A DNA stretch of 64,000 bases from an uncultured Acidobacteriota bacterium (lineage in GTDB: Bacteria; Acidobacteriota; Vicinamibacteria; Vicinamibacterales; UBA2999). Under the pieces are notes generated by a model. It did no database searches. It had not been told where the DNA came from and saw only the letters and a program-made list of their open reading frames with translations. Made by a program: the position numbers and the translations under genes. The stretch spans positions 957,122-1,021,121 of the forward strand of contig CAVUIM010000004.1 in the NCBI GenBank assembly GCA_963741665.1, in the 5' to 3' direction. The stretch's first letter is position 1, and each line of letters starts with the position of its first letter. Shown here piece by piece: positions 40,283-50,833 of the stretch.

Positions 40283-42470
40283 AGGTGAGCCGGACGAAGC
40301 CGGCGTGGGCCGTGTAGGGACGATAGAGATAGCCGAGCAGCAGCGCGTTGGTGGCAGCCACCGGAGCGCCCTCCTGCACCGGCGGGAACGCGATGCCGGT
40401 GAGGGTCGTCGGTCCGAGCGCGAAATCCTGCACGTTGTAGTCGTCGAACCAGTAGGCGACGCCGAGCCTGAGATTCCGCGACAGCTCGTAGCTCAGGTCG
40501 ATCTCCGAGCGCAGCAGCTCGTTCTTCACGGGCGGCAGCTGCTCGGGCACGGCCAGCGGGGAGCCGGCGACCAGACCGTAGAGATAGGTGTCGTTCGACC
40601 GGTTCCAGTCCACCGAGAGGCGGACGGTCGTCCGCTCGATGGCTTCGGCGATGTCGAGGGCCGCCTCGAGGAAGTGCACCTTGCCGGTGAAATCGGTGGT
40701 CCAGTCGCGGATGGGATTGGCCTGTTCAGCGGCGGAAGTCGCGTTGCGGGATCGCTGGAGGGAACGGTAGCGCTCCCAGCCGTAGCTGGTGGTCAGGCTG
40801 TAGCGATCGTCGGGAACCACACTGACGCCGGCCGAGTACTGATCGGAGTCGAACGACAGCAGGCCGTGGGTGCTGTCGGGATACTCGTCGCGCCCGATGC
40901 CGGCCGAGGCGGTCAAGCCGAAGATGCCCCCCGGCGTCACGTTGGCGATCAGCGTCAACCGCTGCCGGTCGCGATCGGCGATGTCGTAGTGACGCAGCCC
41001 GGCCAGCTCGCCGACTTCTTCCAGGGCCCCGGCCTCGAAGCCGTCGCCCTCGCGCTGCCGGTTCTCGTAGACGCCGCGCAGCATCACGTACTGGTTGCCG
41101 GTGGTGTCGACCGACAGCCGGAAGACATTCTCGGCGGTGCTTTCCCAGATGCGGCTCGTGTAATCGGTACCCAGGTGGCTGAAGCCCACCTTGATCGACG
41201 TCGACGGCACGACCTGGAACGCGCCATCGGCGTCGAACGTCGAACGCTTCACGCTGTGGTACTGCGACGAGCCGGCGACCGCCTGGAAGCTCGAGTCGTA
41301 GGCGACCGTGCCGCCTGGGCGGTCGAAGATTGGCGTCTGCACGTCGACGTCGGCGTAGCGGTACTTCGCGTTGAACGACAGCAGACGGGCCGGCCGGGCA
41401 GCGAAGGTCAGCTGCGCGATGGTCATCTGGTGGGTGGCGTCGGCGGTCGGCCGCGCCAGCGCGATCGGGGCAATCGCGGTGTTGATGGTGAAGGGCAGCA
41501 GATCCTGGTTGCTGCGCCCCTGTCCCACCGCCAGATAGCCGGTCAGCCGCCCGCGCGCCGGCAGAGTCATCGATCCGGTGCCGTGCAGGTAGTTGAGGGT
41601 GTTGCCTGGCCACAGCGCCATCCGCCCCTGTGACGGCGTCGCCGCGAGATCGGGCCCGAAGCGCAGCGGGTTGTCCCAGGTGACGCTCTCGACGGAATTG
41701 TGGAACGCCGAGCCATCCCAGCCGACGCGCAGCAGGCCCCTGGTGTTGGCCCACTCGAGCGCCGTCTGGATGTCGGTGGTCCGCGTATCGATCGGCACCG
41801 GCAACTCGACGGCGTTGTTGAAGCCGAACGTCCCGCCGAACGGAATCGCGCCCTCGCGGGTGGTGTTCCTCACCTTGACCAGCACGTCGGTGGACCGATC
41901 GACGTTGAAGACGATATCGGCCTGGCCGATCTTGCGCAGCGTCCGGACGTCGAAACGAACGGCCTGGTCGTCGAAGTTCCGCAGCGTCTTCGTTCCTGCC
42001 TGGATCTCCTGCTGCAGGCCGTCTTCGAGCCGGAAGACCCCGGCCGACGACGCGGTGTACAGCGTGCGGGTGTCGCGGCTGATGAACATGGGAATCTGAT
42101 CCCACAAGAACGACACCGACAGGCGCCCGACCCGCTGGAAGTCGACCTGATACCGCTGGTCGCGGTAGCCGGCGTTCCACGCCTGGCCTTCGAGGTTCCA
42201 CTCTTCGGTGCGCCGACCGATCAGCGCGTTGTTGCCGTAGATGCCGGGCCGCAAGTCGCGGTAGCGCTGGAATCGAGCCTGGTCGCCGTCGGTTTCGTTC
42301 AACCGGGCGCCGAAGTCGATCGTGCCGTACAGCTTGCCGCTCATCTCGCTGCGGCCGACCTCGACCGGGTCGGTGCGGGCCGGCAGCGTCGGGGGGGTCT
42401 GCGCCGATGCGCTCACTGCGGTGAGCAGGACGAGCGTCGCGGCGGTCGTGAGTGTGTGACGCATGGCCAT
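40272..42470 (-). CDS. MtrB/PioB-family outer-membrane beta-barrel (porin component of a porin-cytochrome conduit), 732 aa
   Basis: ATG at 42470 (RBS GGGAGATGG) lies 6 nt after the decaheme cytochrome stop. It has the signal peptide MAMRHTLTTAATLVLLTAVSASAQ, about 700 aa of alternating Y/W-rich strands and a C-terminal RLTYGW. It is the 3' part of listed ORF 40272..43613. Confidence 0.6.
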   Translation of the reverse strand: MAMRHTLTTAATLVLLTAVSASAQTPPTLPARTDPVEVGRSEMSGKLYGTIDFGARLNETDGDQARFQRYRDLRPGIYGNNALIGRRTEEWNLEGQAWNAGYRDQRYQVDFQRVGRLSVSFLWDQIPMFISRDTRTLYTASSAGVFRLEDGLQQEIQAGTKTLRNFDDQAVRFDVRTLRKIGQADIVFNVDRSTDVLVKVRNTTREGAIPFGGTFGFNNAVELPVPIDTRTTDIQTALEWANTRGLLRVGWDGSAFHNSVESVTWDNPLRFGPDLAATPSQGRMALWPGNTLNYLHGTGSMTLPARGRLTGYLAVGQGRSNQDLLPFTINTAIAPIALARPTADATHQMTIAQLTFAARPARLLSFNAKYRYADVDVQTPIFDRPGGTVAYDSSFQAVAGSSQYHSVKRSTFDADGAFQVVPSTSIKVGFSHLGTDYTSRIWESTAENVFRLSVDTTGNQYVMLRGVYENRQREGDGFEAGALEEVGELAGLRHYDIADRDRQRLTLIANVTPGGIFGLTASAGIGRDEYPDSTHGLLSFDSDQYSAGVSVVPDDRYSLTTSYGWERYRSLQRSRNATSAAEQANPIRDWTTDFTGKVHFLEAALDIAEAIERTTVRLSVDWNRSNDTYLYGLVAGSPLAVPEQLPPVKNELLRSEIDLSYELSRNLRLGVAYWFDDYNVQDFALGPTTLTGIAFPPVQEGAPVAATNALLLGYLYRPYTAHAGFVRLTYGW

Positions 42471-42475
42471 CTCCC

Positions 42476-43454
42476 CTACTGCCGCAGGAAGGTCGCGCCC
42501 GCGGGGTGATTGGACCCATGGATGGCCGCGTGACAGGTCACGCAGCTGCGACTGAACAGCCGGTTGCTGGTCTGCAGGACTCGGTTGTCGTAGATCGTCG
42601 AGGGGTGGCGCGTGTGATTGTGGCAGCGCTGACAGAGGAACGGCAGCTTGGCCACCAGCATGCGATCGTTGTTCGAGCCGTGCGGGTCGTGACAGGTCGC
42701 GCAGCTCTCGCCGTTGATCCCGGCGTGCTCGAACAGGAACGGGCCGCGCTTCTCGGCGTGGCAGCTCGCGCACGACTCGTTGACGGTGTTGCCGGCCTTG
42801 AGCAGGCGCACGTTGGTCGAGCCGTGCGGGTTGTGACACGACGTGCATTCCATCTTGCCCTCGCGCACCGGCATGTGTCCCGAGCGGTCGAGCTTCGCCA
42901 CCTTGTCGCGATGGCAGGTCATGCACTGCTGCTGCTGATTGACTGCTTTGAGCTGCGAACTCCGCCGACTTGGGCTTGTGGACGCTGTGGCAGCTCACGC
43001 ACGAGACGTTGCGCGATTCATGCTGACTGCCTTTCCACAGCGCATGGGTGCCGCGGTTGTGGCAGGTGACGCAGGTGTCGGTCACCTCACTGGCGGCGAT
43101 CCGGTCGAACTGGCGGGGCTTGACCTTCTCGGGATCGCTGGCGTGGGCCTCCCCCGGCCCGTGGCAGCTTTCGCACCCCTGCGCGGCCCAGGGCGATCGC
43201 GGGTCCTTCGCTTGACCGTGTTTGGTGGCCTTGATCGACGCCTCGTAGCCTTCGTGGCAGGTGGCGCAAGCCTCGGCGCCGATATACCCAGGCTGGGGGG
43301 TGGCCGGCGCCGTCTGTGCGGCGGGGGGGGCGGCCGGGCCGTCGCTGGACGGCGGCGGCGCGACCGCCGCGGTCTTGACCGCGGTCGCGGCCAGAGTGCC
43401 GGCGAACAGCAACGCGGCCGCGACGTTCAACAACGTGACGGAGCGTAGTCTCAC
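42476..43454 (-). pseudogene. MtrA/PioA-like periplasmic decaheme c-type cytochrome (about 326 aa, 10 CxxCH); 1-nt frame change near 42925-42940
   Basis: GTG start at 43454 (RBS AAAGAGG) gives MRLRSVTLLNVAAALLFAG signal, then CATCH, CESCH, CVTCH, CVSCH in one frame. After a CAG-run the +1 frame continues QQQCMTCH, CTSCH, CASCH, CATCH, CQRCH, CVTCH (ORF 42476..42922). Confidence 0.6.
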
Positions 43455-43477
43455 GATCGGCCTCTTTCGCGAATCCA

Positions 43478-43816
43478 CTACACCTTCTTCTTGGCGGCGA
43501 GAAACGTGACCAAGGCGTCCAGATCCTCCTTGGGCAAGCTGGGAAAAGCCCGCATTGCCGGTTTCCTGATGGCTTTCGCCGCCGCCGCCATGTCGGCCGG
43601 CGTGACGATCCACTTGCGGATGTCGTCGGCGCTGAGTTTGGTCCCGACCCCGTCGAGCGGCCCCTTCGCGTTGCCCTGGCCGTCAAGCGAATGGCATAGC
43701 GAGCACCGCTGGGCGGCGAACACCGCTGCGCCCTTGTCCTGGGCCCGCGCGTCAGCCACCGGGGCAGCCAACCACATCAGCGCGACTACCCCGCCCACTC
43801 GAAGGATGCCAGTCAT
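43478..43816 (-). CDS. monoheme class-I cytochrome c, secreted (112 aa)
   Basis: ATG at 43816 (RBS GGAGG) gives signal MTGILRVGGVVALMWLAAPVADA, the heme site CSLCH, and a distal Met region. Confidence 0.75.
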   Translation of the reverse strand: MTGILRVGGVVALMWLAAPVADARAQDKGAAVFAAQRCSLCHSLDGQGNAKGPLDGVGTKLSADDIRKWIVTPADMAAAAKAIRKPAMRAFPSLPKEDLDALVTFLAAKKKV

Positions 43817-44028
43817 CGCCCGCCTCCCAACTCTGAACGCCACTGCCTGCAACAACACTGCCGTCGCCCTACGGCGCGCCGGCGGGGCCTGCGGCGGGCA
43901 ACCGGGAACATTCCCGCGCCGACGCGGGGAAGAGTCCCCAGGCTCGCCGTCGGTGACGACGTCGACCTCCCCTTCTGGCGCTGGGCACCCTCGGAGTGAT
44001 CGAGTGGCGCGCGCCCCGACGCTAACCG

Positions 44029-46968
44029 TTAGAACTCGAACTGCAGCGACAACTGCGCCGCACGGGCGGCCTGGCGGTTCTGCCCGCGGAACGTGCCGTC
44101 GGGCGCGTAGGCGAAAGCTGCACTGCCGATCAGGTTGCTGCCGGTATTGACCCCGTCGCCGCCCAGGAATTCCTGCAACGCGTCGCGGTTGGTGATGTTC
44201 AGCACGCTGAGGGCGATATCGAGCTTCCGGCCGCCGAGCGCGAACCGCCGGCCGACGCGCGCGTTCCACTGCGCCAGGCTGGGCGCCTGCCGCTGCCCCT
44301 CGCCGCGCGTGGCGTACGCGAACCGGACGGTCGTCGCCAAGGGGTTCGACACGGTCCGCCCGTTCGACAGGACCAGCGTCGGCGGACCGAACTGCGGGTC
44401 GGGCGCTGCCAGGAGGGTAACGATCGGGCCGGTGTACGGTCCCGAGAAGACGTTCAGGTTGCTGGAGAGCGTGAGCCCCCACGGTGCGTTGTACGAGCCG
44501 GCGAGACGCAGCGCGTGCTTGATCCACATCGGGTTGCGCGACAGCGACGTGCCCGACAGGCTGTTGTTTTCGCCGCCACGGATCGAGCCGATGCCGCGAT
44601 TGTTGGCGAACGCCGTGGTTTGGATGAACGCCGCCGGGTCGTTCGGTTGCCACGTCCCGTCGAGGTGCTGGAAGCCGCGCGTGTAGCCGACGATGAACTG
44701 CGAACGGCCCGTCCGCTGAGCGCCGATGACCTCCACCCCCGTGTAGATCGGCGTGTTCCACACGTTGTTGGTCTGGAGCAGGATGGCGTTCTGGGACTCG
44801 TCCGCGTAGCCGCGAAACACGCCGTCCGTATAGATGCCGTTGACGTCGATCTGGGCGGGCATGTCCTTGTAAGCACGCCGGATGAAGGTCGCGTCCAGGC
44901 TGATCTGGCCGGGCAGCTGGCGCCGATAGCCGAGCAGGATCTCGTCGGTGAACGGCTGATGCCGGTCCGGATCGACGCGCCGGTTGGCCGCCACCTGGGT
45001 CTGGGCGGGCGTCACCAGCACGGTCGCAAAGCTCCCGTCGCCACGGGTGTCGTAGGTGTCGGTCGTCGTCACCGTGACGCCACCCCCGAAGAAGCCACCC
45101 CCCAAGGTCGGCAGGTACAGCCACTCCGGCTTGGCGGCAAGGCGGCTGAAGCTCCCGTGGACGATGTTCCGGCTGTCGGCCGTCACGGCGTAGACCGCAC
45201 CCACCCGCGGGCCGACCTCCAGACTCGACTGCGTCCGCACGCCGAACAGGTCGTCATCGTCGACCACGCGCTCGACGCGCAGACCACCGACGAGGGTCAA
45301 TCGCGGCACCGGCTTCCAGGCGTCCTGGACGTAGACGGCGTAGTTCTGGGAATTTCTCTTTTCAGTGGTGAATACCAACCGGGTTGGATCGACGAACTGA
45401 CGATGGAAGGGGATGTAGCCCGAGAACGGATCTCCCGGGACGCGCAGTCGAACATCCTCGAGGGTGAAGCCGCCATTCAGGTAGTTCGCTTCGGTGCTCA
45501 ACCGCATCACCGGCTGGAGAAAAGCCCCCGCCTGGAACTCATGAGAGCCCAACCAGCCCGCGCGGTACCAGTTCACGTCGGCCTGCACGGTGAGCTTGCT
45601 CGACGGCGTGACGTTGAAGCTCTGGTTGTTGCCAACAGTGGCGACCAGGCCGTTGCCGACCAGCCGTCCCGCCGACGTGGCGACCGAGTCGTAGATGCGC
45701 ACCCGCGGGCCGCCGTAGTCGAGGCCCTTGAAGGCCGCGAGCGACGTTCTGCCGCCGAACGTGTTGAACGAGGCGCCGACGGTCGTCGTCAGCGTGTTGG
45801 TCCACGCCGAGAAGAGCCGTGCGGCGGCGCCGTTGCCCGTCGTGCCGCTGTTGCTGAAGCGGCGGCTGTCCGTGGACGCACTGGGCTCCTCGAAGCCGTG
45901 CGGTTTCAGGAAGAATCCGTGCAGCTGATGTCGAGCGCGCAGCTGGGCGTTGACCTTGACGAATCCCGTATGGTGCCGGCTGCGGTTGTCGAACGGCTCC
46001 CACCCGGGGATCGACCCTCGGAGGTTGTTCAACTGGGTCGGGGTGCGTGAGATCTGACTGTTGCGGTGGAGGTAGAAATACGACGCGAAGAACCACGCGC
46101 GATCGCGCCGAATCGGCCCGCCAAGCGCTGCCTCGAGGTCCGTGGTTTCGGCAATCGCCGGCACACCGAGCGGGTCGTTGTCGGCGTTCCAGCCGCGATT
46201 CTGATGATGGACTCCTGCCGACCCTGCCAGCCGGTTGGTCCCGACCCTCGTCGTCACGTTGAACACCACGCCCAGCCCCGCCGGCGCCGACGCATCGGCA
46301 CCGCCGGTCCGCACCTGGGAATCCGCGATGGCGTTGGTGGGAAGCCTGACGATCTCCATGCGTCCTTGACGGGACGACGCCATGTCGGCGCCGTCGATCA
46401 GCACCACGTGCTGCTCGACATCGGTGCCGCGCAGCATGTAGGTCTGGGTGCCGTTGTTGGCAATGAGGTTGCGGGCCGTCACCCCCGGAGTCACCTCGAG
46501 AGCGTCGGTGAGGTCGCGTCGGGTCGACAGCGGCAGCAGGCGCTGGAAATCGCCGGCGACGTTGACGGCCTGAATCGGCTTGTGCGATTCGAGCAATGGC
46601 GGCGCGCCGCTGACGACGATGGTCTCTTCGACGCTGCCGACCGCAAGGACGATGTCGAGGGTGAGGTTGAGCCCGGCCCGGACCTCGACGCGTTGCTGCG
46701 CATACTTGGTGAAACCCGCCAGCTCGGCGACGACGTCGAAGACGGCGGGCGGCAGGTTCAGGAGGCGATAGGTGCCGTCGGACTCGGTGACACTGACATG
46801 CGTGCCCGGGATGGTCGCGCTCACCGCGGTCACAGTGACCCCGGGCAGCACCCCGCCGCCAGCGTCGCGGACCACACCCCGCACCGTGCCTTCACTGGCG
46901 ATCTGCGCGTCCACGGGTCCCGCCGTCAGGAACACCAGCACGGCCACCACGCTGAGGCGTCGGCGCAT
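44029..46968 (-). CDS. TonB-dependent receptor with carboxypeptidase-regulatory-like N-terminal domain (979 aa)
   Basis: ATG at 46968 (RBS GGAGGGAG) gives MRRRLSVVAVLVFLTAGPVDAQ. CarboxypepD_reg-like GTVRGVVRDAGGGVLPGVTVTAVSATIPGTHVSVTESDGTYRLLNLP, plug, and a C-terminal LSLQFEF. Confidence 0.85.
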   Translation of the reverse strand: MRRRLSVVAVLVFLTAGPVDAQIASEGTVRGVVRDAGGGVLPGVTVTAVSATIPGTHVSVTESDGTYRLLNLPPAVFDVVAELAGFTKYAQQRVEVRAGLNLTLDIVLAVGSVEETIVVSGAPPLLESHKPIQAVNVAGDFQRLLPLSTRRDLTDALEVTPGVTARNLIANNGTQTYMLRGTDVEQHVVLIDGADMASSRQGRMEIVRLPTNAIADSQVRTGGADASAPAGLGVVFNVTTRVGTNRLAGSAGVHHQNRGWNADNDPLGVPAIAETTDLEAALGGPIRRDRAWFFASYFYLHRNSQISRTPTQLNNLRGSIPGWEPFDNRSRHHTGFVKVNAQLRARHQLHGFFLKPHGFEEPSASTDSRRFSNSGTTGNGAAARLFSAWTNTLTTTVGASFNTFGGRTSLAAFKGLDYGGPRVRIYDSVATSAGRLVGNGLVATVGNNQSFNVTPSSKLTVQADVNWYRAGWLGSHEFQAGAFLQPVMRLSTEANYLNGGFTLEDVRLRVPGDPFSGYIPFHRQFVDPTRLVFTTEKRNSQNYAVYVQDAWKPVPRLTLVGGLRVERVVDDDDLFGVRTQSSLEVGPRVGAVYAVTADSRNIVHGSFSRLAAKPEWLYLPTLGGGFFGGGVTVTTTDTYDTRGDGSFATVLVTPAQTQVAANRRVDPDRHQPFTDEILLGYRRQLPGQISLDATFIRRAYKDMPAQIDVNGIYTDGVFRGYADESQNAILLQTNNVWNTPIYTGVEVIGAQRTGRSQFIVGYTRGFQHLDGTWQPNDPAAFIQTTAFANNRGIGSIRGGENNSLSGTSLSRNPMWIKHALRLAGSYNAPWGLTLSSNLNVFSGPYTGPIVTLLAAPDPQFGPPTLVLSNGRTVSNPLATTVRFAYATRGEGQRQAPSLAQWNARVGRRFALGGRKLDIALSVLNITNRDALQEFLGGDGVNTGSNLIGSAAFAYAPDGTFRGQNRQAARAAQLSLQFEF

Positions 46969-47191
46969 CGTCACTCCCTCCTGTGGCAGACGTCGATCCA
47001 GGAACACAGCCAGATCGCCGGGGCCACCTCGCGTTGGGCCGATCACGGCCACGGGACGGCTGGACAGAGGCGGGCGCAGTATAGTCGACCGGCCTCGGCC
47101 AATGGAGGTGATGCGACGCACGCAGGTTCTACGGAAATAGGCGCAGAAGCCGGCCGGGAGCTATCAGTCGAAGAAACGGCGAAGCTCACGT

Positions 47192-47833
47192 ATGATGACG
47201 CCATCGGCGACCATGCCTGAGCGCATGAGCACGAGCGACACGGCTCCAGACGACGTCAGCGCGCTGCTTCGGGCATGGACCGCAGGCGACCAGCAGGCGC
47301 TCGCCCGGCTCACCCCGATCGTCTACGGCGAGCTCCACCGTCTGGCGCACTACTACCTGAAGCGCGAGCGGGCCGGCCACAGCCTGCAGACGACCGCGCT
47401 CGTCAACGAAGCCTATCTGCGGCTGGTCGACTACAAGCGCATGCAGTGGCAGAACCGGGCGCATTTCATGGCGGCGGCGGCGCAGGCCATCCGCCGCATC
47501 CTCGTCGATCACGCGCGGCGGCGCAACGCCAAGCGGGGCGCGAACGCACCGCATGTCTCGCTCGATGCCGAGGCGCTGCTCTGCCCCGATCGCTGCGACG
47601 ACTTCGGGTTCCTGGACGACGCCCTGAACGCCCTGGCGGCGCGGGCGCCGCGCAAGGCGAAGGTCGTCGAGCTGCGCTTCTTCGGCGGCCTGAGTGTCGA
47701 GGACACCGCCGACGTGCTGCGCGTCTCGCCGATCACCGTGATGCGCGAGTGGAAGAGCGCCAAGGCCTGGCTGTACCGCGAGCTGACCGGCGAGGATGGC
47801 AATGGACGGCGACCGCTGGCACCAGGTCGATAG
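47192..47833 (+). CDS. ECF-type RNA polymerase sigma factor (of the class found next to Ser/Thr kinases)
   Basis: Region 2 ([38 protein letters not shown]) and region 4 HTH ([28 protein letters not shown]). The 3' end overlaps the kinase start by 38 nt. Confidence 0.8.
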   Translation: MMTPSATMPERMSTSDTAPDDVSALLRAWTAGDQQALARLTPIVYGELHRLAHYYLKRERAGHSLQTTALVNEAYLRLVDYKRMQWQNRAHFMAAAAQAIRRILVDHARRRNAKRGANAPHVSLDAEALLCPDRCDDFGFLDDALNALAARAPRKAKVVELRFFGGLSVEDTADVLRVSPITVMREWKSAKAWLYRELTGEDGNGRRPLAPGR

Positions 47834-50831
47834 GCTGCTGCAGTCCGCCCTCGACGTTCCCCCGGCGGAGCGCGATGTCTTTCTACGGAACGCCTGCGGC
47901 GGCGACGGTCCGCTCGAACGCGACGTCCGCTCGCTGCTCGCTGCACACGACCGTGCCGACGGATTCCTCGACGCCCCGGCGATCGACCTTGCCGCGCGGG
48001 GGCTCGCCGGCGAGCCGGACGCCAAGGACGGCCGGGCCGCCCCGTCGACTTCGCTCAGGGCAAGCGGCGATCCGCTGATCGGCCAGACGTTCTCGCACTA
48101 CCGCATCGTCGGCAGGCTCGGCGGCGGCGGGATGGGCGTGGTCTACAAAGCCGAGGATGGGCGGCTGCACCGTCCTGTGGCGCTGAAGTTCGTCGCCGGC
48201 GATCTGGCGAGTGACGCCGAGGCCCTGAGCCGCTTTCAGCGTGAAGCACGCACCGCCTCGGCACTCAACCATCCACACATCTGCACCATCTACGACATCG
48301 GCGAGCAGAACGGACGCGCGTTCATCGCCATGGAGTATCTCGAAGGCGAGACGCTGAAGGATCGACTCGCAGCCGGTCCCCTTGCACTCGAGACGGTGCT
48401 GCGGCTCGGGGTCCAGATCGCCGACGCCCTCGACGTCGCTCACAGCGCGAACATCATCCACCGCGACATCAAGCCGGCGAACATATTCATCACCGCGCGC
48501 GGGCATGCCAAGCTCCTCGACTTCGGTCTGGCGAAGCTGGGCCCAGCCATCTCACCCCAGGCAGACGTCACGACCGCGGCCGGGACGATGCAGGGTGTCG
48601 TGATGGGCACGGTCGCCTACATGGCGCCTGAGCAGGCGCGCGGCGGGACGGTCGATCACCGCGCCGACCTCTACAGCGTCGGCCTGGTGCTGTACGAAAT
48701 GGCCATGGGCACGCGGCCGGCACCTGCCGTTCAGCTGCGGGTCGAGCACTCGCCCGATCTGGAACGCGTCATCTCGAAGTGCCTGGAGACGGATCCCCAG
48801 CTTCGGTATCGGCACGCCGCCGACCTGCGCACCGATCTCGGGCGCCTGACGAGTGGACCGAGCTCAGCGGCCGCCACCACACCTCAGGGGCCCGGTCGGA
48901 TGCGCCGGTACCTCGTCGTGGCTGCCGGCCTGGCCGCGGCAGTCTTCGTCGGCGCCTACGTCTTCGCGCCGCGGGCGGCGACGCTGACCGACAAGGACAC
49001 CCTCGTGCTCGCCGAATTCGCCAACACGACCGGCGACCCGGTATTCGATGGCACGCTACGCCAGGGGCTCGCGGCCCAGCTCCAGCAGTCTCCGTTTCTC
49101 AGCCTGGTGTCGGACGCGCGCATCGTGAAGACGCTGGCGCTGATGCAGCAGCCGCCGGACGCGCGGCTGACGCCGGAGATCGCCCACGGTGTGTGCGCCC
49201 GGACTGCCAGCGCCGTGGTGCTCGATGGATCGATCGGCAGCCTGGGTAGTCAGTACATCCTCTCCCTGCGGGCGAGAAACTGCTCCACCGGCGACATTCT
49301 CGCCGACGAGCAGGCGCAGGTCGCGCGCAAGGAGGATGTTCTTGGCTCCCTGAGTGAGATGGCCACCCAGGTCCGTGAGCGGCTCGGCGAATCGGTCGCC
49401 ACCATCGAGAAATACTCCAGACCGCTGCAGGAAGCGACCACGGCGTCCCTGGACGCCTTGAAAGCCTTCACCACCGCCAGGCAGGTGTACGGGTCATCCG
49501 GCCGTGGGCGGGCCCAACCGCTGTTCGAGCGTGCCATCGCGCTCGACCCCGACTTCGCGCTCGCGCATGCCCAGCTCGGGATCTTCTACAGCAACGAGGG
49601 CGAGTCGGCGCTGTCGCGGCAGAGCACGATCAAGGCGTATCAGTTGCGTCATCGCGCCAGCGACGCCGAGCGATTTTTCATCGAGACGGTGTACGACCGG
49701 CAGGTGACCGGCAACATGGACCGGGAGATGGAGACGCTGGACGCGTGGGCGCAGAGCTACCCGCGCGATAGCATTCCGCACGGATTGCTGGCCGGCTTCG
49801 CCACGCGGAGCACCGGCCGATACGAGGAGTCGGTCGCCGCGGCCGACCGGTCGATGGCACGTGATCCCGAGGGTGGCTCCGCCGCTTCGACCAACAGCAA
49901 GGCGTACGCGGAACTTCACCTGAATCGACTGGACGCGGTCGAAGCGACCATCCGTCGGGCCGAAGAGCTCAAGCTGGACTCTGAGTTTGCCGTGATTCGC
50001 TACTTCATCGCGTTCTTGCACGGCGATGGCGAGGGCGTGGCCCAGCAGGCCGCGAAGGCTCGAGCCAGCCGCTCGACCGAAGACTTGATCTCGCATCTCG
50101 AAGCGCTGCGCCTGGCGGGCGCCGCCCGGCTCCAGGATGCCAGGCGGACATCCGCGACTGCCGCCGCCATCGCGAAGCAGTCTCGCAAACTCGAACGGGC
50201 GGCGTTATTCGAATCGGCCACCGCGGTGTGGGAGGCGCTCTACGGCAATCAGGCGGCAGCCCGACAGAAGGCCACCGAGACGCTCGCGCTCGGCCGGGGC
50301 CGCGAGGTCGACTATGCGGCCGCCTTCGCGCTGGCCGTGTCCGGTGACGTGTCACGGGCGCGCGCGCTCGCCGACCAGCTGGCCCGCGACTATCCGGAGG
50401 ACACGTCGGTGCAGTTCATGTACCTGCCGACGCTTCGCGCCCTGTTCGCCCTGGAGGCCCGTGATGCGGCAGCGGCGATTCGGTCGATGGAGACGGCCTC
50501 CCGCTTCGATCTCGCCCTGGGCGGCATCGGCTTCAACGCGCATTTCGGCAAGCTGTATCCGATCTACGTTCGCGGTCTGGCCTACCTGGCGGCGCGGCAG
50601 CCGGCACAGGCCGCCGCCGAGTTCCAGCGGATCGTCGAACATCGCGGCATCGTCCTCGTCGATCCCATCGACGCGTTTGCACGCCTGCAGCTGGCGCGGG
50701 CGCTGGCGCTCGCCGGCGACCCCGCGAAGGCGAAGCTCGTCTACGGCGACCTCTTCACGCTGTGGAAGGACGCCGACCCGGAACTGACGGTCCTCAGGGA
50801 GGCGCGGTCGGAGCACGCGCGACTGCCGTGA
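47796..50831 (+). CDS. Ser/Thr protein kinase - single TM - periplasmic domain - TPR repeats (paralog 1, 1011 aa)
   Basis: Hanks motifs [30 protein letters not shown] and APEQ. TM at [23 protein letters not shown]-terminal TPRs. Confidence 0.9.
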   Translation: MAMDGDRWHQVDRLLQSALDVPPAERDVFLRNACGGDGPLERDVRSLLAAHDRADGFLDAPAIDLAARGLAGEPDAKDGRAAPSTSLRASGDPLIGQTFSHYRIVGRLGGGGMGVVYKAEDGRLHRPVALKFVAGDLASDAEALSRFQREARTASALNHPHICTIYDIGEQNGRAFIAMEYLEGETLKDRLAAGPLALETVLRLGVQIADALDVAHSANIIHRDIKPANIFITARGHAKLLDFGLAKLGPAISPQADVTTAAGTMQGVVMGTVAYMAPEQARGGTVDHRADLYSVGLVLYEMAMGTRPAPAVQLRVEHSPDLERVISKCLETDPQLRYRHAADLRTDLGRLTSGPSSAAATTPQGPGRMRRYLVVAAGLAAAVFVGAYVFAPRAATLTDKDTLVLAEFANTTGDPVFDGTLRQGLAAQLQQSPFLSLVSDARIVKTLALMQQPPDARLTPEIAHGVCARTASAVVLDGSIGSLGSQYILSLRARNCSTGDILADEQAQVARKEDVLGSLSEMATQVRERLGESVATIEKYSRPLQEATTASLDALKAFTTARQVYGSSGRGRAQPLFERAIALDPDFALAHAQLGIFYSNEGESALSRQSTIKAYQLRHRASDAERFFIETVYDRQVTGNMDREMETLDAWAQSYPRDSIPHGLLAGFATRSTGRYEESVAAADRSMARDPEGGSAASTNSKAYAELHLNRLDAVEATIRRAEELKLDSEFAVIRYFIAFLHGDGEGVAQQAAKARASRSTEDLISHLEALRLAGAARLQDARRTSATAAAIAKQSRKLERAALFESATAVWEALYGNQAAARQKATETLALGRGREVDYAAAFALAVSGDVSRARALADQLARDYPEDTSVQFMYLPTLRALFALEARDAAAAIRSMETASRFDLALGGIGFNAHFGKLYPIYVRGLAYLAARQPAQAAAEFQRIVEHRGIVLVDPIDAFARLQLARALALAGDPAKAKLVYGDLFTLWKDADPELTVLREARSEHARLP

Positions 50832-50833
50832 GC

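Noticed and set aside
40272-43613. 1113-aa ORF as one giant cytochrome-barrel fusion protein
   Set aside because: It is a read-through artefact. The decaheme cytochrome C-terminal half is in another frame and ends at a TAG at 42476-42478. The barrel has its own RBS, ATG at 42470 and signal peptide.
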